Below are positions 10,990 to 22,431 of a stretch of 64,000 nt of DNA, one piece after another. The position numbers were made by a program, and so were the translations under genes. Origin of the DNA: Sphyrna mokarran (lineage: Eukaryota); NCBI GenBank assembly GCA_024679065.1, contig JAGIQG010000014.1, forward strand, positions 41,912,001-41,976,000, read 5' to 3'. The notes below the pieces were generated by a model. That model had not been told where the DNA came from. It did no database searches and saw nothing but the letters and a program-made list of their open reading frames with translations. Each line of letters starts with the position of its first letter. The stretch's first letter is position 1.

Positions 10990-11230
10990 ACATAGATAGA
11001 AATTGATAGATGAAAAAAGACTAAGGTTTATCTAGTTAACCTTCAACCATCTTGGTAATTCCATGATACACAATGATAATGAAGTTGTTGACTAATCATA
11101 GCAATCAATCTCTCCAAATTAGTCTACAACAGATCTGGACATGAAGCAAAGAAACAGAGGGATGAAGACATCTATTCCTATCATGTGTTATATTTATCAC
11201 ATATCATGTCTCAAATTACCCATATACTGT
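10990..11230 (-). mobile_element. Old CR1-type 3' UTR fragment
   Basis: Starts CATAGATAGAAA as an antisense CR1 tail would; family assignment from memory only. Confidence 0.4.
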
Positions 11231-11285
11231 ATGTTATTGTGTGGTTGTGAGGAAATGATGACACAAGTGATACTTCAACTGTTTA

Positions 11286-11535
11286 AATCATAGATTCCCA
11301 ACATTGCAGAAGGAGGCCATTCAGCCCACCAAATCTGCACATCAACTGTAAAAAATCATCTTAATCAAGCCTACCTCCCTCAGCTAACTCCGTAATTCCA
11401 CATATTTATCATGGCTAATCCACCTAACCTACTCTAAGGCAATTTAGCATGGTCAGTCCACCTAATCTGTGCATCTTTGGACTGTGGGAGAAAACCAAGC
11501 ACCCAGAGGAAATCCACACAGACATGAGGAGAAAT
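11286..11535 (-). mobile_element. HE1/V-SINE-type SINE, 5' truncated
   Basis: Antisense tail ATCATAGATTCCCAACATTGCAGAAGGAGGCCATTCAGCCC plus V-domain. Confidence 0.8.
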
Positions 11536-11675
11536 ATACTCACCATTCCTTCTCAAACTTTTTCCAGTTGTCAGCAATGTTCTCAAAAAAATAAGCCGGT
11601 TGATGTGCCCAAGTCCTTATGCCATCTCAACCAGCACCTGACGTTGTGTGTGGAATTGTCCCCCCAGAATACTAA

Positions 11676-11912
11676 GTGTTTGTATGGAGTTTACATATGC
11701 TTCCCGTGTTTGCACGGGTTTCCTCCGGACGCTCCGGTTTCTTCCCACAATTTAAAAGATGTGCTGATTAGGTGCATTAGCTGGGCCAAATTCTCCCTCA
11801 GTGTAGCCAGATAGATGCTGGAGTATGATGGCCAGGGGATTTTCAGAGTAACTTCATTGCAGTGTTAATGTAAGCCTACTTGCGACACTAATAAATAAGC
11901 TTTGAAGTTTAA
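11676..11912 (+). mobile_element. HE1/V-SINE-type SINE, 5' truncated (second tail type)
   Basis: V-domain GGGTTTCCTCCGGACGCTCCGGTTTCTTCCCACA; tail GTAAGCCTACTTGCGACACTAATAAATAAGC. Confidence 0.85.
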
Positions 11913-13069
11913 AATAAGTATGGTTGTGCAAAGAAATTAGTTCCAATATTTTCTGTCCTAAAAAGAACTAGATAGCCACAAAGAAATGGAAAAGTTCTAT
12001 TTTGTTGATAGCCAGGTTGAGAATATCGGGTAATTTGAATGAGATCAGTAGATGAAAGGTATAATACTGGAACTGGAAAGAAACAATGTTTATGCTTGGT
12101 ATATTAATTGCCTTTCACAGAGAGCAATGAAAAGCCAATTGTGTGCCAACAATAAGGTTTGACGGCATCGTGTTCAGCATATTGACAACATGACCTTGGA
12201 GAACTAATAGCACCTGATTCCTTTTGTGGGAATAGAAAGTGGACAAGAAGAGAATGTTCTATGGAGTTGTATGAGAATTGGACTAATCTGGATTAATTAG
12301 GAGTGAACATGAGATTCAGGTCAAAAACAGTTCCATGTAAACCTTTGTTAACTTGGTGAGTTCAGACCAGAGCTAAATTTAGCTCATAAAAGTTCAAGTG
12401 TAGAATTTAGAAGGGAAAGGAAATGGCCTTGTCACTTGTAATGACATTAGGGCTGTAATGATGTTGATGATAATGTCAATGCATAGCAAATAGCAAGCAC
12501 AAGGGCAGCTGGCTTTGCTGGGTACAGGCCAGCATTATCATGAAGAAGAAACATCCTTTGGGAGGAAAGTCAACATTGTTTGACACTGAAAGTATCCATC
12601 AGCAAAACAGTTAGATTACAAGGAGTAGCAGTATTCATCAGGATAAACTAGTATGTCCTTCAAAAAAAAGTTTGCAGCATAATTATTCAAGAGACTTGAA
12701 TCATCCACCAATGCAATTAGGAGGACTTTTGATCTAGGAAATACAGCTTTAATGGTTGAAACTGGTCGGAATTGTTCATTGGTATTGTTATATCCTACTG
12801 CAGATTCAGTACACTTGATCTTTTATGAGCTTAAGATGGTTTGAGACACAGGTGAGAACCTAACCTTCAATGTGATGCCTCAAAATGTTTGTTTTTGTGA
12901 AGTAATGAATAAAGTCCTTTAAAATGAATATTTTAGGTGAAAGTAACAATTAAACGATTGACTTGATGAAAAGCGAAAGATTTTCCAGTCATTTTCAGTC
13001 AGAATGATGTGGCTGAAATTTGCTCATCTCTTCCAAATGATGGGGACTGAGCTTGTGAAATTAATAGTG

Positions 13070-13190
13070 AACTCTTGGGGATTGCAACGTTTTACAATTT
13101 ATATAAATGACGTGGATGAAGGAACTGGAAGTATGGTTGCTAAATCTGCTGACAACACAAAAGATAGGCAGGGAAGTATATTATGAAAAA
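13070..13190 (+). mobile_element. CR1 RT fragment
   Basis: Translates GLQRFTIYINDVDEGTGSMVAKSADNTK, a decayed GPQLFTIYINDL...KFADDTK. Confidence 0.75.
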
Positions 13191-13424
13191 AGGAAGCAAA
13201 TCAAACACCTTTCTGTTTACAGATGGTTGGTGAGAGAATTAAAACTCTCTTTCCTGTCTGCAACACAGAGATAACATGGCCCACTGTGTGACATGACTGT
13301 GACAATTAAATTAGTCCATGCTGGCATCTGTACGGACATTAGATGTCAACGTGCTTGGTAGCTTAAATAAAAATGATAGACATCTTTGCCTTGGCCTCAC
13401 AATGCTGTAGGAATCACTACAACC

Positions 13425-13500
13425 TTCTCAAGGGCAACTAGAGATGGGCAATAAATGATGGCTAGCCAATGACGCTCATGTCCCATGAATGAATAAAAAT
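13425..13500 (+). mobile_element. Isolated 3' tail of the tRNA-headed CR1-group LINE family
   Basis: CTTCTCAAGGGCAACTAGAGATGGGCAATAAATGATGGCTAGCC...ATGAATGAATAAAAA. Confidence 0.7.
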
Positions 13501-13974
13501 AACCTGCAGAAAATAGCTCTCTTCAATAGAGTCAAATGCATGAAGTACAACTGGTCCTTGAGACAGAGATGGTGATAAAAAAGGACATGAAAGTGAGGAG
13601 TCCACAGGAAGCATTCACATTGCTATCTCATTGTCCTAGTCAGTACTTCATATGTTGTCTCTCCTTTTGATAGCTAAATTGGCCCTGCACAGACGCAGAT
13701 GGATTAGATTTTTTGTGGCACTCACAAGGTCAATAATAGGATTTATTGTTCAAAAGCACCTCAAACACTTGGAGCAGGGATTTGAGAAGACTGCCTCAAC
13801 CTCTGCTTCAGCACAGGGGCCACATATTGTAGAAATACTGGAAAACTTTAGAGCAAAGTTTTTTGTTGTCAGATAATCATATGAACAAGACTTGTTGAAA
13901 AAACTTTCTGCTGTCCAATTTTGTGATTCTACAACACATCTGAAACTTATACTTTTCATCATTTGATACCAAGT

Positions 13975-14966
13975 AGGGTGGGAGAGTGATATGTGATGAG
14001 GATGCAGAGATCCTTCAGAAGGATTTGGAGAGGTTGGGTGAGTGAGCTAAACAATGGCAGACGCAGTATAATTTGGATAAATGTGAGGTTATTCACTGGC
14101 TGTAAATTGGGAGAGGGGACTGTGCAGCTGTACCTGGGTATCCTTGCGCACCAGTCACTGAAGTAAGCGTGCAGGTGCAGCAGGGCTAATGAAGGCGAAT
14201 GGTATGTTGGCTTTCATGTTCTTCCAATTACACAGGGCTTTGGGAAGGCCACACCTAGAATATAGTGGAACTACTGTAGAGTACATTTCTGAGGAAGGAT
14301 GTTCTTGCTCTCGAGGGAAGATTCTGGGCTGATTCTGGGGACGGTGAGATTAATGTATGAGGAAACCTTGACTAGTTTATAAAAACATACGAACTAAGAG
14401 CAGGAGTAGGCCATCTGGCTCCTCGAGCCTGCCTCCCCATTCAATAAGATCATGACTGATCTTTTTGTGATCCACTTACATGCCTGCTCACCATAACCCT
14501 AAATGCCTTTACTGTTCAGAAATTTATCTATCCTTGCCTTAAAAAGGTTAGGATTGTTTTCACTGGAGTTCAGTGAATGAGGAGGGATCTCATAGAAACT
14601 TATAAAATTCTAACAGGACTAGACTGGGTAGATGCAGGGAAGATATTCCTGATGATGGGTGAGTCCAGAACTAGGGGGCATGGTCTGAGGACAGAGGTGA
14701 GGAGATTTTTCTTTACCCAAAAGTGGTGAGCCTGTAGAATTCATTATCACAGGAAATAGTTGATTGCAAAACATTGAATGTATTGAAGAAGTAGCTAGAT
14801 ATAGCACTTGGGGTGATTATGGGGAAAAAAAGAAGATTAGGCTGTTGGGTTGGATGATTTGGCAAATGGAGTTTAATGTAGAAAAGTGTGAGATAATGTG
14901 GATCAGCTATGATCATAATGTGGAGCAAGCTTGAAGGGCCAAATAGTCTCCTCCTGTTTCTATGTA
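13975..14966 (+). mobile_element. CR1/HER1-type LINE 3' fragment containing an antisense CR1 tail insertion (14379-14544)
   Basis: RT C-terminal remnants (KCEVIH, RPHLEY, GDLIETYKI). The nested piece matches the reverse complement of 23230-23387. Confidence 0.8.
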
Positions 14967-15289
14967 TCTACCGCTCCTTCATATTTGCCATTTGTGATTG
15001 TTGGGCATCAATCTCCTTTTTCAGATGTTTGTTGATGAATAGATAGATATTGGTGGGGGGCTGACGGGAGGGGCGCAAGAAATGGGTGGATTGCTTTATA
15101 TAGGTAGCTTTGGGATAATGATAGTGGGTACTGGATATAGTTGTTACATGAATCCACTTCATGTGTCTTGAGACAACCATGTGTATAGGAAGTGCCTCTG
15201 GCTGCCTGAGCTCGGGCCCAAGGTTTCTGAACTTAATTATAGCTGGAGTTACTGTGAAGCATCAGAGAAGCTGAGACTGCATGAGGTTG

Positions 15290-15578
15290 TTCGAGTAGCA
15301 CAATGGTTAGCACTGCTGCCTCACAGCACCAGGGACTTGGATTCAATTCCCAGGTTGTGTCACTTGCTGTGTGGAATTTGTGCAATCTCCCCGTGTTTGC
15401 ATGGGTTTCTTCTGGGTGCTCCCATTTTTCTCCCTCAATCCAAAGATGTGAGGGTTTCTCAGGGAGATTAGCCGGGTAAATACATGGGTTTACAGAGATA
15501 TGGCCTGGGTGGAATTGTTGTCAGTACAGACTTGATGGGCTGAATGGCCTCTTTTTTGCACTGTAGGGATTCTATGAT
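15290..15578 (+). mobile_element. HE1/V-SINE-type SINE
   Basis: Head GCACAATGGTTAGCACTGCTGCCTCACAGC, V-domain and tail GGGCTGAATGGCCTC...GGGATTCTATGA. Confidence 0.85.
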
Positions 15579-15779
15579 CCAGGATGTTAATGCTGAGTTC
15601 AGAATAGGAGCTGTGTGGCCATCTGGATCAGTAGGAAAATGTAGAATTTTTGAGGTGTCTGTCACATTCAAACTAATGCTCAGCATTGGAGAATGCTGCG
15701 GATGATGGCATCTTGAAGGAGTGTGGTATTGGAGCTCCAAGGGCATTCGAATCACCCAGAAAATGGAGGTAATGATCCC

Positions 15780-16110
15780 AATTTTTCACCCAGTGATTAA
15801 GGTGACTTGACTGATAAATTAATTTTGAAACAGACTTTATTGCAAAAAGCCGCGCAGATATGCTGTACATTCACAAAAAATGGTGTTTAATTCTTCATCT
15901 TCTCTATCTTGTCATCAGGTTGACAGATAGTATTAGAGAAATAGAAAATATTGGCCAAGGACGTCTGTTAAATTAAATTGTATAGCCATTCAACGGGATG
16001 AGCTGTATACATGGAAGTTTGGACAAGGGAACTAATTTAAATAAATGCATAATGAGAAAAGGGACGCATATGCTCATTTTCTTTGGCTGTAAAATAGCTT
16101 AACAACCTGA
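15780..16110. promoter_or_regulatory. Candidate conserved non-coding element
   Basis: Unique sequence with TGACTGATAAATTAAT, TGACAG (MEIS/TALE), TAAATTAAAT and retained CpGs. Unverified. Confidence 0.3.
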
Positions 16111-16756
16111 ATTTTTTGGCTGGTGGTGTTTCACTCCCCCCCCACCCCACCTTTGGAAGAACACGTCCATTTCCACTGAAGAGTGTCCCACCATCATTAC
16201 ATACTTACATGAGAGTTAAGTGGCTTCAGGTAGGACTTCCACCCCTCCCTCTCACATGAGAGAGCTGTCAGCCAACTTTGAAGTCCTCCTCTGGAACCGA
16301 ACTACAATTAGGGAAATCCAGATATTTTGTTGGGATTTAAATTCTTCATTCCTTCTGCTGACACTGTTTAGTTGCCAGGAGACAGAATGTTCTTTGTTTA
16401 TAAAATTATAGAGCAGTCAATTAGCAGTAATAGCATCAATATCAGGAATGAAATACATTTTTAAAAAATTCAATAGCAAATTGACTTGCCATGCTTTTCC
16501 AAAGAACAGACTGGGGGGCAGAATCCGTGACTGACAAGCCTGCATTTCAAGTCCTGGAGAGACTCTAGCTTCCAGATCTTGTTTCCAGAAGGAATAATGG
16601 ACTCCCACTAGAACTCGGCAGAAAAACATCAGAAAGATTGTAGTACCTGTTTACTGTTTCCTAGCACGATGAGCGAATGAGTTAATGAAAATTACATTAA
16701 GTAAAGATGCTGCAGTCCCATACAGGATAAGGATTGATTCACTAGTTTGTGCCCCC

Positions 16757-16776
16757 CACAGACAGACACGCGCACG

Positions 16777-16811
<35 letters not shown>

Positions 16812-16819
16812 ACACACAC
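16757..16819 (+). repeat. Interrupted (CA)n microsatellite with CG interruptions
   Basis: Directly visible. Confidence 0.95.
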
Positions 16820-17111
16820 CTGCAAAGATCAAATGCAGGAAGGTTGATAAAACAGCACCTCTTCCACAGTAACTGCTTCTGAATACAAAAAGAGAAAAAA
16901 CATTGTGAATAAATCGCAGGTAATGATGCTGCAACAAGTCACGAAAATCTTACCTACCTCTGCAAGGAAAGGGAGCATTTCACAGAAGCAGGAGAAAAAC
17001 CACTTCAGCAGGTCATGCTTGGTTTAGCTAGTGCTGCCCATATAAATATTGGTGGATGTTAGTTAGCTACGTCAATACAATTATGCAGCAGCAGAAAGTC
17101 AGTGCGTAGGA

Positions 17112-17481
17112 AGGTGGCACGGTGGCATAATGGTTAGAACTGCTGCCTCATGGTGTCAGGGACCTCAGATTGATTCCCAGCTTGGGTCACTGTCTGTGTG
17201 GAGTCTGCATGTTTCTTCCCATGTCTGAGTGGTTTTCTTTCAGGTGTTCTGGTTTCCTTCCACAGTCCAAAATACATGTTGATTAGATGCATTGCCCATG
17301 CTAAATTGTCCCTTGGTGTCAATGGGGATTATTAGGATAATAATATCAAGTTAGACATGCTAAATTCTCCCTCAGTGTACTCGAACAGGTATGGAGTGTG
17401 ACGACTAGAGGATTTTCACAGTAACTTCATTGCAGTGTTAATGTAAGGCTACTCATGACATTAATAAATAAAATTTAAACA
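17112..17481 (+). mobile_element. HE1/V-SINE-type SINE, chimeric (two tail types)
   Basis: Full head GGTGGCACGGTGGCATAATGGTTAG. CATGCTAAATT occurs twice, first followed by the start of tail type 1, then by a complete tail type 2. Confidence 0.85.
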
Positions 17482-18830
17482 TATGTAAAAAGATCAGCCA
17501 AACCTGAGCATTATTTTTTGAAAACAAATAGGGATTCATTATTACTTGCCTTTCCTTCTAGTTAGGTTCAGTGTTTGGAATATGTCAATAATTGGGATAG
17601 TGACAATGAAACCTACTTGTATGTTGAGTTGCCAACTCTGGTTAGGTGTATTCTTGGAAGTTTGTTCATGGGGCAAAAGGAATTTGAAGGAGCAAATCTT
17701 CTGACCTAGAGGTTGGAAAAGCAGAGTAAGCACAGGAATCTAAAATCATCGATGTTGTAAAAAGGCAAACAAATAAAAGTGCGATTGTGTACCTTGGGTC
17801 TCAGCTGTGCCTGAACACTTTAAACCTCCCGTGGGGGAAAAAGCTGTATTCTGCTGTGAAGGACATGCTCCCCTTGAAAAAAGGGTGAAACAAAATATTA
17901 GTTTCTCATGAACAGGTTCACACTAGGTAATGGAAAAACACATCTAAAGTAAAAGATTCCTGAATGCCCAGCCTCTGCTTCTAGTGAGCATGCAAAAGTG
18001 ATTGTCTTTAACAATGAATCACCATTTTAATCTGCTGTATTTCAGATTTACCTGAAAATATGGATTTATCACGACCAACTGAAATTTAGAACTGTGATAC
18101 TTGGGAAAACAAACTAGATTTCATTTTGCTGTCTGCAGGTTGCTAATTAATTATTTGATTGATAATTAAAATGCAACATAATGAGGGGCTAGATAACTAG
18201 AACAATTATGTCCCAAACACTCCTTGCACAGGAAGAGTCATATGTCACCTAGTGGGTAAGGAAATTGGAAATGGAGCTTCTCCTTTTGATTGAAATCTGA
18301 AAGTTCCACCAAAGCTGTAGAGTTTATTTGTTTTGTTAATTATATGCTTGATTTTTAGTCAGTTATGAAGAAATGCTTTGCACTAGTATAGAAAAGAAAA
18401 ATCCCTGTCTTCTGTGGTAAACACTTCAATATTTATAGGTAAAATCAACTTTGGATGGATTTATTACAGATTACCAGTATTTAGAAGATTGAGTGCGAAG
18501 AGTCTCATGCTCTTTTCTTCGTATTTTTAAGGAAATGTGGCAATTGTACCTTGCTATTTAAAGGGGCATTATGTACAACGTTTTGTCAACTAAACAGGAC
18601 ATCACTGTGTAGGCTTGACCTGTTTAAACAGTTATCTCACTTTATTGCTGTCAACCTCTATGTGCAAATCTGTCTACTTAAGCTGCTTTAGTGTTTCTAT
18701 AATATCTTCTTATTTATAAGATATCCATTTCACAAACAAATCACACACAATGCTGAGTGAGGAAGGCCCTATCTTAATTTAGCTTATTCATCCAGTCCTC
18801 TATAATTCCCAATAGTGCACCAGATCTAAC

Positions 18831-19613
18831 TGAAGAAGCATTGAGGGAGTGTGGTCGGTTGATGATAGTGATTGAATAGGTCTTCTCACAAGGTCATCCA
18901 CCTCAGTTGTTGGACAATGTGTGCTCAGTGGAGGAAGGTGACAGGAATTGATGACAGAATCTTGTGGAGATAATGCGGATCTTGGCTATCCAGTTGGAGA
19001 GCTGGCGAGACAAGTGTGTCACCTTTTTTAGGGAAAGCTCGCAGCATCTTTTCTTCCTTTTTCCTCAGTAATTTCAATTGGGATGAGATATTAGCTCTTT
19101 TCTACCCATTGTTTTGCTGTAATGGATGCTGCTCTGGTATCAAAATGGTATCCGTCTAATTCACATTCCCTTGCGGTATAGCCCATACCAATTGGCATCT
19201 TGATGACAGTATTACGAACGTGCACCAGACATATGTAGTGACCATTATCATGACATTGATACCAAGTGGAAATGCTGGATATTTTTCAGCATTGTTTAAA
19301 GTGGGTGAACTTCTTGTTGAGTGGTGCTATGGGTGTGGAAAGGAAAGCGTTGATTATGACTATACTTTCTACCAGTCGTACAGCCTATCATAGCAGTTCC
19401 CTTGAGATGGAAATGATACGTTGACAATAAATAAGAGGACTAGTTAGGATGAGAGAATGTTGAAGGTCTCTCACAAAGTGGTCTCATCAGCTAGGATCTT
19501 CCAGTTACTTCCAGCTAAGCCACACATTGTCCAGCAACTGAGAGAGATGATCTTGTGAGAAGACCTATTCAACCACTATCATCAACCGACCACACTCCCT
19601 CAATGCTTCTTCA
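18831..19613. mobile_element. Unclassified 783-bp element bounded by 93-bp inverted repeats
   Basis: 18831-18923 versus 19521-19613: 87/93 identical as reverse complements, outer 40 bp perfect; termini TGAAGAAGC...GCTTCTTCA. Confidence 0.65.
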
Positions 19614-20060
19614 TTTGTGATTCATGAAGAAGATGCTCACAGAATTCTTCCACTCCTTGAAAGCAGACTTGCAGCCTCAGAACAGGGTGAGGTAGGTACT
19701 GCAAGTGACTGTGAAGGTAATTGTGAACCAGGGTCTTCTTGCATCATGATCCTTCCAGGCTCGAATCAGCAATGTATTTAACATCTCCCAGCTCACTGTC
19801 TGTTGGAACCTACACTCGTGGCCAGCAAGCATTTGGTGAGAGCAATGCTCCCATGAGCGACGTCATCGAATGGACAACTGGGGCTCTGGAACAATAGTTG
19901 TGCTGTTCCAACTGCTTTCGAGGAAGCCTCCAGTACTCACTGGAGCAGATGTCCTGATTTGTGGTGAACTGCTGCATCCTCTCCAATCTGGCCATCATAA
20001 GGATGGAGTTTTGCAGCCAGGTATCAGCAAGTGCCTCAAGAGGAATGGAGGAGGCAGTCA
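19614..20060 (+). pseudogene. PIF/Harbinger transposase remnant with internal deletion of the catalytic core
   Basis: Translates LKADLQPQNRVR*VLQVTVKVIVNQGLLAS*SFQARISNVFNISQ, then jumps to the C-terminal part FGESNAPMSDVIEWTTGALEQ*LCCSNCFRGSLQYSLEQMS*FVVNCCILSNLAIIR (HARBI1-like motifs). Confidence 0.8.
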
Positions 20061-21720
20061 GTACATCCACATTCTTGATAATGATCCAGTTCCTGTGGTC
20101 ACAAACCCAGAGCCATTGTACAGCAGTTCCATATCTTATCACTCTGTGTGTTCTTGACCAACATCCTGAAACAAAAGCTACTGCTCAATATTCCTTATGG
20201 ACATCATCCAACAAAACATTCAACATTTCACACAAAATACAATTGCTTACTCTTCTGCACTCCCTTTGTGGATGTCAACGAGTGCCTTTGCCTGACCTTG
20301 TACTCTTGTTCAGCACTATCCAAGTGATTGCAGAATAGGTGATTACAAGTTGCTGACTTTCAATGAGCAAAACTGAAAATGGCCTGTGCTAGAGCAGCTT
20401 TGCAACGAGAAAGCCTGGCTTAAACTGCATCACCCCAGCTTGGCAGCAGCAGCCTGGGTGAGCTGCTAACTAACAGCAGAAGGACACTGGCAGTATGGCA
20501 GTGGCGAGAGCAAGAATGCTGTCATTACAAAAGAGGGTACAGGGTTTGTGCTCACTAGAGTAGCTACCGCTCATCCAGAGCAGGGCCTCAGCAGTCCAGG
20601 TTAACTGCTGGGGCACAGAATACTGCAAAACTCTGACAGCCCCTTTGAACTCTGGATAGTTGCTATGTCATCAATTTGATCTGAACTTCGCCTCCAGCAC
20701 TCGGATGTTGTGTGCCTTCTGCTTCAGTTGCAAATGAAGCTCAAAGCATTGGCCAGCAGTCACTGTATTATGGCAAGTGTTCTCACAGAGTTGGACACTA
20801 GTTTCCAAGCTGGGAAAGATGAGCTCCAAGCTTTGTAAGAATTTCTGTGCCAAGTTGGAGCCAGAATCCTCCATATTCCATTCATAGTGATCACAGTCTC
20901 TCTGCCAACATAACAAGAATTTCTGTGTGGCACTCCCATCAGCTTTTTTTCCTAAATGTCACCCATCAAAGTCTTCCTCAGAATTCTGTACAGCAGAACT
21001 CACCCTGTGGGAAGCTGGCATACATTCTGTCTTTTCCCTCTGGCCTCACTGCAGCCCATTCAGGCCCACGGACTCTCTGGCTGAAACTTAGCTAAGGCAG
21101 CTGGGGGGTCCCTGACGGCTGGCCCACAAGCCAGGGGCATCCCAGCATTGGCTATTTGTGGAGCTAGCCACATTTTTGATCCTTCCAATTCAGCACTTTG
21201 CTCACCACTTTGAAAGAACTTCTTGTCAAAACTCATTGCAGCGATTTGTAAAAATCTTTCCACGCTGTTGTATCTTTCATCTGTTTTGTTTTTCTCTTCC
21301 TTCTGTAAAGTGCCCAGGTGGCCTTCCTATGATGAAGGTGCTCTATTAATGCAAATAATTGTTGTTCTTGCACCATGTTGTCTTCTGTGGTCAGTGCAAG
21401 CTCTGAATGATTGATGTGAGGAAGGTTCAGTCCTAGACCTCAACCATGCACAACATTGACTTAACTTCATATTTGCAAATTGGGAGTTCTGCCCCAACGT
21501 GCTGTGTGAGTGTAAAATTGGGTGTAGTGGCACCATGTAACAATAATTGATCATGTCAGTAATCCAAATTATGGAAGGCCAGTGGACATGGAAATCAGCA
21601 GTCAGCCCGCCATTTTGAAATTCCTAATTAACAAGCTGTGTTAGCAACTTAATCGTCCACTTTTTTTATAGCCTGCTCCATTTCTCGGGCATCAAATGAG
21701 GACAAACTTTAAAACATTTC
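20060..21720. mobile_element. Remainder of Harbinger element (3' region and decayed convergent second ORF)
   Basis: Follows the transposase C-terminus. Minus-strand LQLKQKAHNIRVL (20690-20735) resembles the segment after the Myb/SANT domain of Harbinger ORF2. End boundary uncertain. Confidence 0.45.
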
Positions 21721-21905
21721 TCACATCAGCAAAAAGGCGGCACAAGGAGGGAAGATAATATCTGTCACCAGCAGCATGGTTGAAAGTACCAGCAGAATCT
21801 GATTGGTAGCATCTGTATTTGTTGTGGCTTTTTTTTTGAACTTTCGATTTAAAGAAGAAAATGCTGATTTTGAGGGTTTATAAATGTCACCCTGACCAAC
21901 TTCCT

Positions 21906-22036
21906 GGGTGGGGAGTTTTCCCATCCTGCTCACGATGGGAATCAAAATGGTGGGGGGGGGTGCGGTGCAGGAAAGGTCTGTTGACTGAAGCGGGATTTTC
22001 TGGTTTTGGAGCGAGCACAGCTAGAAAATCCCACTC
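21906..22036. mobile_element. 131-bp MITE with 3-bp target duplication CCT
   Basis: CCT|GGGTGGGAGTTTTCC ... AGAAAATCCCACTC|CCT. Confidence 0.7.
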
Positions 22037-22431
22037 CCTGTTTGTGGCATCACTCCTCTGCTCTATGACATTCTGTCATACAGTGCCAATAGCGTGTGGA
22101 GCTTCACACCAGTGATTTGCCTCCTTCCCATCAGCCCCTCTTTGGCCATTTGCTGCTTGATTGGCAGAAGAGACAGCAGGGGTGGGATTCAAGTAGACCA
22201 ATCAGTTTCTGCTCAGCACTCCTCCCCCCCTACCCCCCAACCCCAAGACATATAAAATCCACTTCCATGTCTCTTGTTGGCTTCCTGAATAACTTGTTGT
22301 TCTCTGACTTCTGTGTTACACAATTTGCTGCACGATTCTTTCTGCACAGAATAACTTAGAATTTTGTGAGATAGTCCTGCAGCTTGTTCAGGATATGAAG
22401 TGGCAAGAAATAAGAGATTCACTTTTAGGAC

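Noticed and set aside
13652-13965. Overlapping sense and antisense ORFs that look protein-like
   Set aside because: No recognisable motif, an internal stop on extension and no convincing splice sites; left unassigned.
19393-19415. DIRS-type internal complementary region (GTTCCCTTGAGATGGAAAT)
   Set aside because: It is not complementary to the element's termini, and there is no RT or tyrosine recombinase remnant.
19460-19495. Hammerhead ribozyme in the inverted-repeat element (minus-strand CTGATGAGACCACTTTGTG; also CTGAAGA at 18830)
   Set aside because: Stem II is minimal and no GAAA follows in either case.
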